Positions 22,101 to 24,426 of a DNA stretch of 24,426 nucleotides are shown piece by piece. The position numbers were made by a program, and so were the translations under genes. The notes under the pieces are model-generated. The model had not been told where the DNA came from and did no database searches. It saw nothing but the letters and a program-made list of their open reading frames with translations. This stretch comes from an uncultured Chitinophagaceae bacterium (GTDB taxonomy: Bacteria; Bacteroidota; Bacteroidia; Chitinophagales; Chitinophagaceae): contig CAYZDJ010000007.1 of NCBI GenBank assembly GCA_964477265.1, forward strand, positions 76,639 to 101,064, written 5' to 3'. Each line of letters starts with the position of its first letter. Position 1 is the first letter of the stretch.

Positions 22101-24426
22101 CATTATATCCAAGTTTAATCCACTCATAGCTTACACTACCATAGCTTGAGCCAATATTAGTAGATAGTGTGGTAATTACTGTATCGCCACAATAAGCACC
22201 TTTACCAATAATATCTACAGAGGCAATATTTGTAAGAATACTTAAATGCAATGTAGCCATACTATCGCAACCAGCAGCATTGGTGCCATGCCATGTATAA
22301 GTACCAGATGCACTGTAAGTATTTCCATTCCATGTATAGCTGCCACAAGCACTTGCTGTCTCTGAAGAAGTTGTAGTATCATTTACAGTTAAGTGAAGCA
22401 TTACTATACTATCACAGCCACCAGAATTGGTTCCCATCCACATATACATTCCAGAAGCATTGTAATTGCTACCATTCCATGAATAAGGCAGCATATTATT
22501 ACAAACAGTTTTATGAACTGTGCTTGTTGTTGTTGTGTCCAATACATTTAATATTAGCGTGGCAGCACTATCGCAACCTGCTGCATTTGTTAAATGCACA
22601 GTATAACTACCTGCTGTATTATAATTATTTCCATTCCATGTAAAAGGTAAGTTATTGTTGCAAACATTAGCAGGTGTTGTAGAAGTATTACTATGCTTGA
22701 TAACTAAGTTTAAAGTTACTATACTATCACAACCAACATCATTGCTAAGCCATAGCGTGTCTGTTGTATTGCTTGCATAATACCATTTATTTTTAGCAGG
22801 CCAATAAAAACTATCGCAAGCACTTGCTGTAAAAATGGAAGATGATGAATTTTTAATGGTTAATTGTAAATTAACTATGTTCAAGCAACCATTAGGCATT
22901 GTTGTAGTATCTGCATACAAGCCACTGCTGTAATATGTTTTTCCACCAAATACAAAACTATCACACGCAATCATTGGTGTTGTAACCATTATTGCATTGT
23001 TGATTGTAAGGTTTAATGTAACCAAGCTATCGCAACCTGCTGCATTGGTTAAGTGAATTGTATCTGTATTACTGCTTGCATAATACCATTGATTTTTACC
23101 ACTCCAATAAAAACTATCACATGAAGCAATTATGTAGGTAGAAGATGTAGGAGTATTAATTGTAAGGTTTAACGTAACCAAGCTATCGCAACCTGCTGCA
23201 TTTGTTAAATGAATTGTATCTGTATTATTGCTTGCATAATACCATTTATTCTTACCACTCCAATAAAAACTATCACAAGTAGCAATTGTGTAGGTTGAAG
23301 CTGTAGAAGTATTAATAGTCAAGTTCAGTGTTACAATACTATCGCAGCCAACAGCATTGCTAAGCAATAGTGTGTCTGTTGTATTGCTTGCATAATACCA
23401 TTTATTTTTAGCAGGCCAATAAAAACTATCGCAAGCACTTGCTGTAAAAATGGAAGATGATGAATTTTTAATGGTTAATTGTAAATTAACTATGTTCAAG
23501 CAACCATTAGGCATTGTTGTAGTATCTGCATACAAGCCACTGCTGTAATATGTTTTTCCACCAAATACAAAACTATCACACGCAATCATTGGTGTTGTAA
23601 CCATTATTGCATTGTTGATTGTAAGGTTTAATGTAACCAAGCTATCGCAACCTGCTGCATTTGTTAAGTGAATTGTATCTGTATTGTTGCTTGCATAGTA
23701 CCATTGATTTTTACCACTCCAATAAAAACTATCGCAAGAAGCAATTGTGTAGGTTGAAGCTGTAGGCGTATTAATTGTAAGGTTTAATGTAACCAAGCTA
23801 TCGCAACCTGCTGCATTGGTTAAATGAATTGTATCTGTATTATTGCTTGCATAATACCATTTATTCTTGCCACTCCAATAAAAACTATCACAAGTAGCAA
23901 TTGTGTAGGTTGAGTTTGTTGGTACTTTAATGATTAAATTCAAAGTAACAATACTGTCACAACCTACTGCATTGCTTAGTTTGATTGTATCTGTGCTATT
24001 ACTTGCATAATACCATTTATCTTTTGCAGGCCAATAGAAACTATCGCAAGCACTTGCTGTAAAAGCCGATACTGAACTATTGTTTATGGTTAAATGTAAA
24101 GTATCTACACTAGCACAACCACTACCATTGTTGTAGCTATAAGTATAATCTCCACTTGTAGTGTAGGCAGTTCCATGCCAAGTATAACTATCACAAGCAG
24201 TTTGAGTTTCTGCATTGTGTGTGCTGTTGTTTATAGTTAAATGTAAAGTATCTACACTTGCACAACCACTACCATTATTGTAGCTATAAGTATAATCTCC
24301 ACTTGTTGTATATGCTGTACCATGCCAAGTATAAGTATCACAAGCTATTTGAGTTTCAGCATTGTGTGTGCTGTTGTTTATAGTTAAATGTAAAGTATCT
24401 ACACTTGCACAACCACTACCATTATT
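19141..24426 (-). CDS. Giant T9SS-secreted cell-surface repeat protein (N-terminus outside the window)
   Basis: The ORF track starts at a TTG at 23943, but I translated 23944-24426 in the same frame and found no stop and continued repeats. So at least 1761 aa lie in the window. Contents: 21 complete plus 1 partial Cys-Cys modules, a central non-repeat region, an Ig/PKD-like unit, a pre-CTD module and a Por_Secre_tail CTD (VYPNPVSNVLNV...ATYFVEIIT, about 19144-19383). Confidence 0.9.
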   Translation of the reverse strand, partial: NNGSGCASVDTLHLTINNSTHNAETQIACDTYTWHGTAYTTSGDYTYSYNNGSGCASVDTLHLTINNSTHNAETQTACDSYTWHGTAYTTSGDYTYSYNNGSGCASVDTLHLTINNSSVSAFTASACDSFYWPAKDKWYYASNSTDTIKLSNAVGCDSIVTLNLIIKVPTNSTYTIATCDSFYWSGKNKWYYASNNTDTIHLTNAAGCDSLVTLNLTINTPTASTYTIASCDSFYWSGKNQWYYASNNTDTIHLTNAAGCDSLVTLNLTINNAIMVTTPMIACDSFVFGGKTYYSSGLYADTTTMPNGCLNIVNLQLTIKNSSSSIFTASACDSFYWPAKNKWYYASNTTDTLLLSNAVGCDSIVTLNLTINTSTASTYTIATCDSFYWSGKNKWYYASNNTDTIHLTNAAGCDSLVTLNLTINTPTSSTYIIASCDSFYWSGKNQWYYASSNTDTIHLTNAAGCDSLVTLNLTINNAIMVTTPMIACDSFVFGGKTYYSSGLYADTTTMPNGCLNIVNLQLTIKNSSSSIFTASACDSFYWPAKNKWYYASNTTDTLWLSNDVGCDSIVTLNLVIKHSNTSTTPANVCNNNLPFTWNGNNYNTAGSYTVHLTNAAGCDSAATLILNVLDTTTTSTVHKTVCNNMLPYSWNGSNYNASGMYMWMGTNSGGCDSIVMLHLTVNDTTTSSETASACGSYTWNGNTYSASGTYTWHGTNAAGCDSMATLHLSILTNIASVDIIGKGAYCGDTVITTLSTNIGSSYGSVSYEWIKLGYNEDTWQIAGHDSTLDINITTPTQYVIKTTIAGCGTFYSNQETVLPVTKPNVSLNPAPAVSICNNNIVNFTASSADSGVNNYAFYQSNSVMQSGASLAYNSPVLTTANNGIVYTVEATNLKPTFDGNITENFWGKPLAVSTFGPSPSFGAGHELNAIYARTDNDNIYIAIAGNVQNNNRIMLFIDSKSGGYNTGNYGRNGINDAIKNFNSGTSFDPGFEADYCLGIGTDVTSSQYYFDLFTLSGTASSGGGPNNYIGSNITPATGYSIGANPVNNSQTQGFEFAIPKSAIGYIGGTLRVFALYSSDNGFLSNQFLTRANTGAGSYGNGIINFGTAKPGPIAITGSNTAGLCKSSVATTVTVKPNPTSAITASACNNMLPYVWAGKNYYTSGSYNDTLVGMGNNGCDSIATLVFTVTDTTTSVTNKTACNNMLPYSWNGNNYSAAGIYTWKGTNAAGCDSIATLVLSIADTTTSVTNKTACNNMLPYSWNGNNYSAAGAYTWKGTNAAGCDSVATLVLSIADTTTSVTNKTVCNNMLPYSWNGSNYSAAGAYTWKGTNASGCDSVATLVLTISDTTTSVTTVTNCDSLLWNGTKYTVSGTYTYYTLNAASCDSTATLHLTITNSTTSTTTTSACDSLWWNGVKYTTSGTYTWSSTNVANCDSTATLHLTINHPTTSFTATSACDSFWWNGKKYTSSGIYNDTIANIAGCDSIITLSLTITQSLAKPVIVIANNTITAGQTGVVYNCSISPNATQYVWSYTGTGASIVLGQFTTQITVDYANNATSGSLQVIAINSLTCYSPKDSMDITITPLPIVLNSFTADKVNKTTLIKWASKTEVNSKLFEVQRSIDGRAYVTIGNVVAKGFASDYSFTDEKPFIGINYYRLKQVDKDGKFEYSAVRTVNFKPETLGFIVSVYPNPVSNVLNVRITNADAKQIRVFDINGKTVYTTTSISSTGTTQIPVGNLSKATYFVEIITTDDRRGVEKFVKE
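20392..20859 (-). repeat. 3 x 156-bp in-frame tandem repeat (52-aa module DTTTSVTNKTACNNMLPYSWNGNNYSAAG.YTWKGTNAAGCDS.ATLVLSIA)
   Basis: The word TTTRTTGGTAACAGATGTTGTGGTGTC recurs at 20521, 20677 and 20833 (period 156). Confidence 0.9.
22684..23913 (-). repeat. 2 x 615-bp near-identical tandem duplication (a 4-module, 205-aa super-unit)
   Basis: By my base-by-base comparison, 22757-23046 is identical to 23372-23661 (290 bp). Only a few scattered mismatches lie outside that stretch. Confidence 0.9.
24067..24426 (-). repeat. 147-bp in-frame tandem repeat (49-aa module), at least 2.4 copies, truncated by the window edge
   Basis: 24214-24279 is identical to 24361-24426 (66 nt, up to the window end). 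A more diverged copy begins at about 24067. Confidence 0.85.

Noticed and set aside
19141-24426. Regular tandem DNA repeats (147, 156, 615 bp) as a CRISPR array or satellite
   Set aside because: The repeats are contiguous, with no unique spacers. They are in frame within one long ORF and encode a conserved protein module, so they are coding repeats.

Overview
AT-rich chromosomal window that I infer comes from a Bacteroidota genome. The grounds are two T9SS C-terminal sorting domains, a gldG-like gene, starts without Shine-Dalgarno sequences and TAnnTTTG-like -7 boxes. G+C looks like roughly one third by eye (not computed). I support 17 protein genes and 1 pseudogene. Plus-strand block 1-8868: 3' end of a T9SS cargo gene, a beta-barrel OMP-like gene, an orphan ABC-2 permease, a NUDIX hydrolase, a NupG-family nucleoside permease, a GldG-like protein, a decayed GxxExxY gene, TerC and sucC. 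Minus-strand block 8957-14724: gyrA, a helical secreted protein, a small membrane protein and a CBM-esterase. Plus-strand lemA-TPM-TPM operon at 15061-17009. Minus-strand block 17208-24426: a GT35 alpha-glucan phosphorylase homologue and a giant T9SS repeat protein that runs off the window. No rRNA, tRNA, CRISPR array, transposase or integrase was seen, and most of the window is ordinary housekeeping. Five things deserve a second look. (1) Several intergenic spacers parse as in-phase degenerate 7-nt tandem words with dyad symmetry, one of them in the gyrA leader. (2) The giant surface protein has at least 22 copies of a two-cysteine module I cannot name, and it contains a near-identical 615-bp tandem duplication. 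(3) The frameshifted GxxExxY gene is bracketed by inverted CAGAT-type words. (4) The phosphorylase homologue carries Thr in place of the PLP-binding Lys. (5) A 13-nt promoter-like motif is shared by sucC and gyrA. No classical defence or mobile system is evident.
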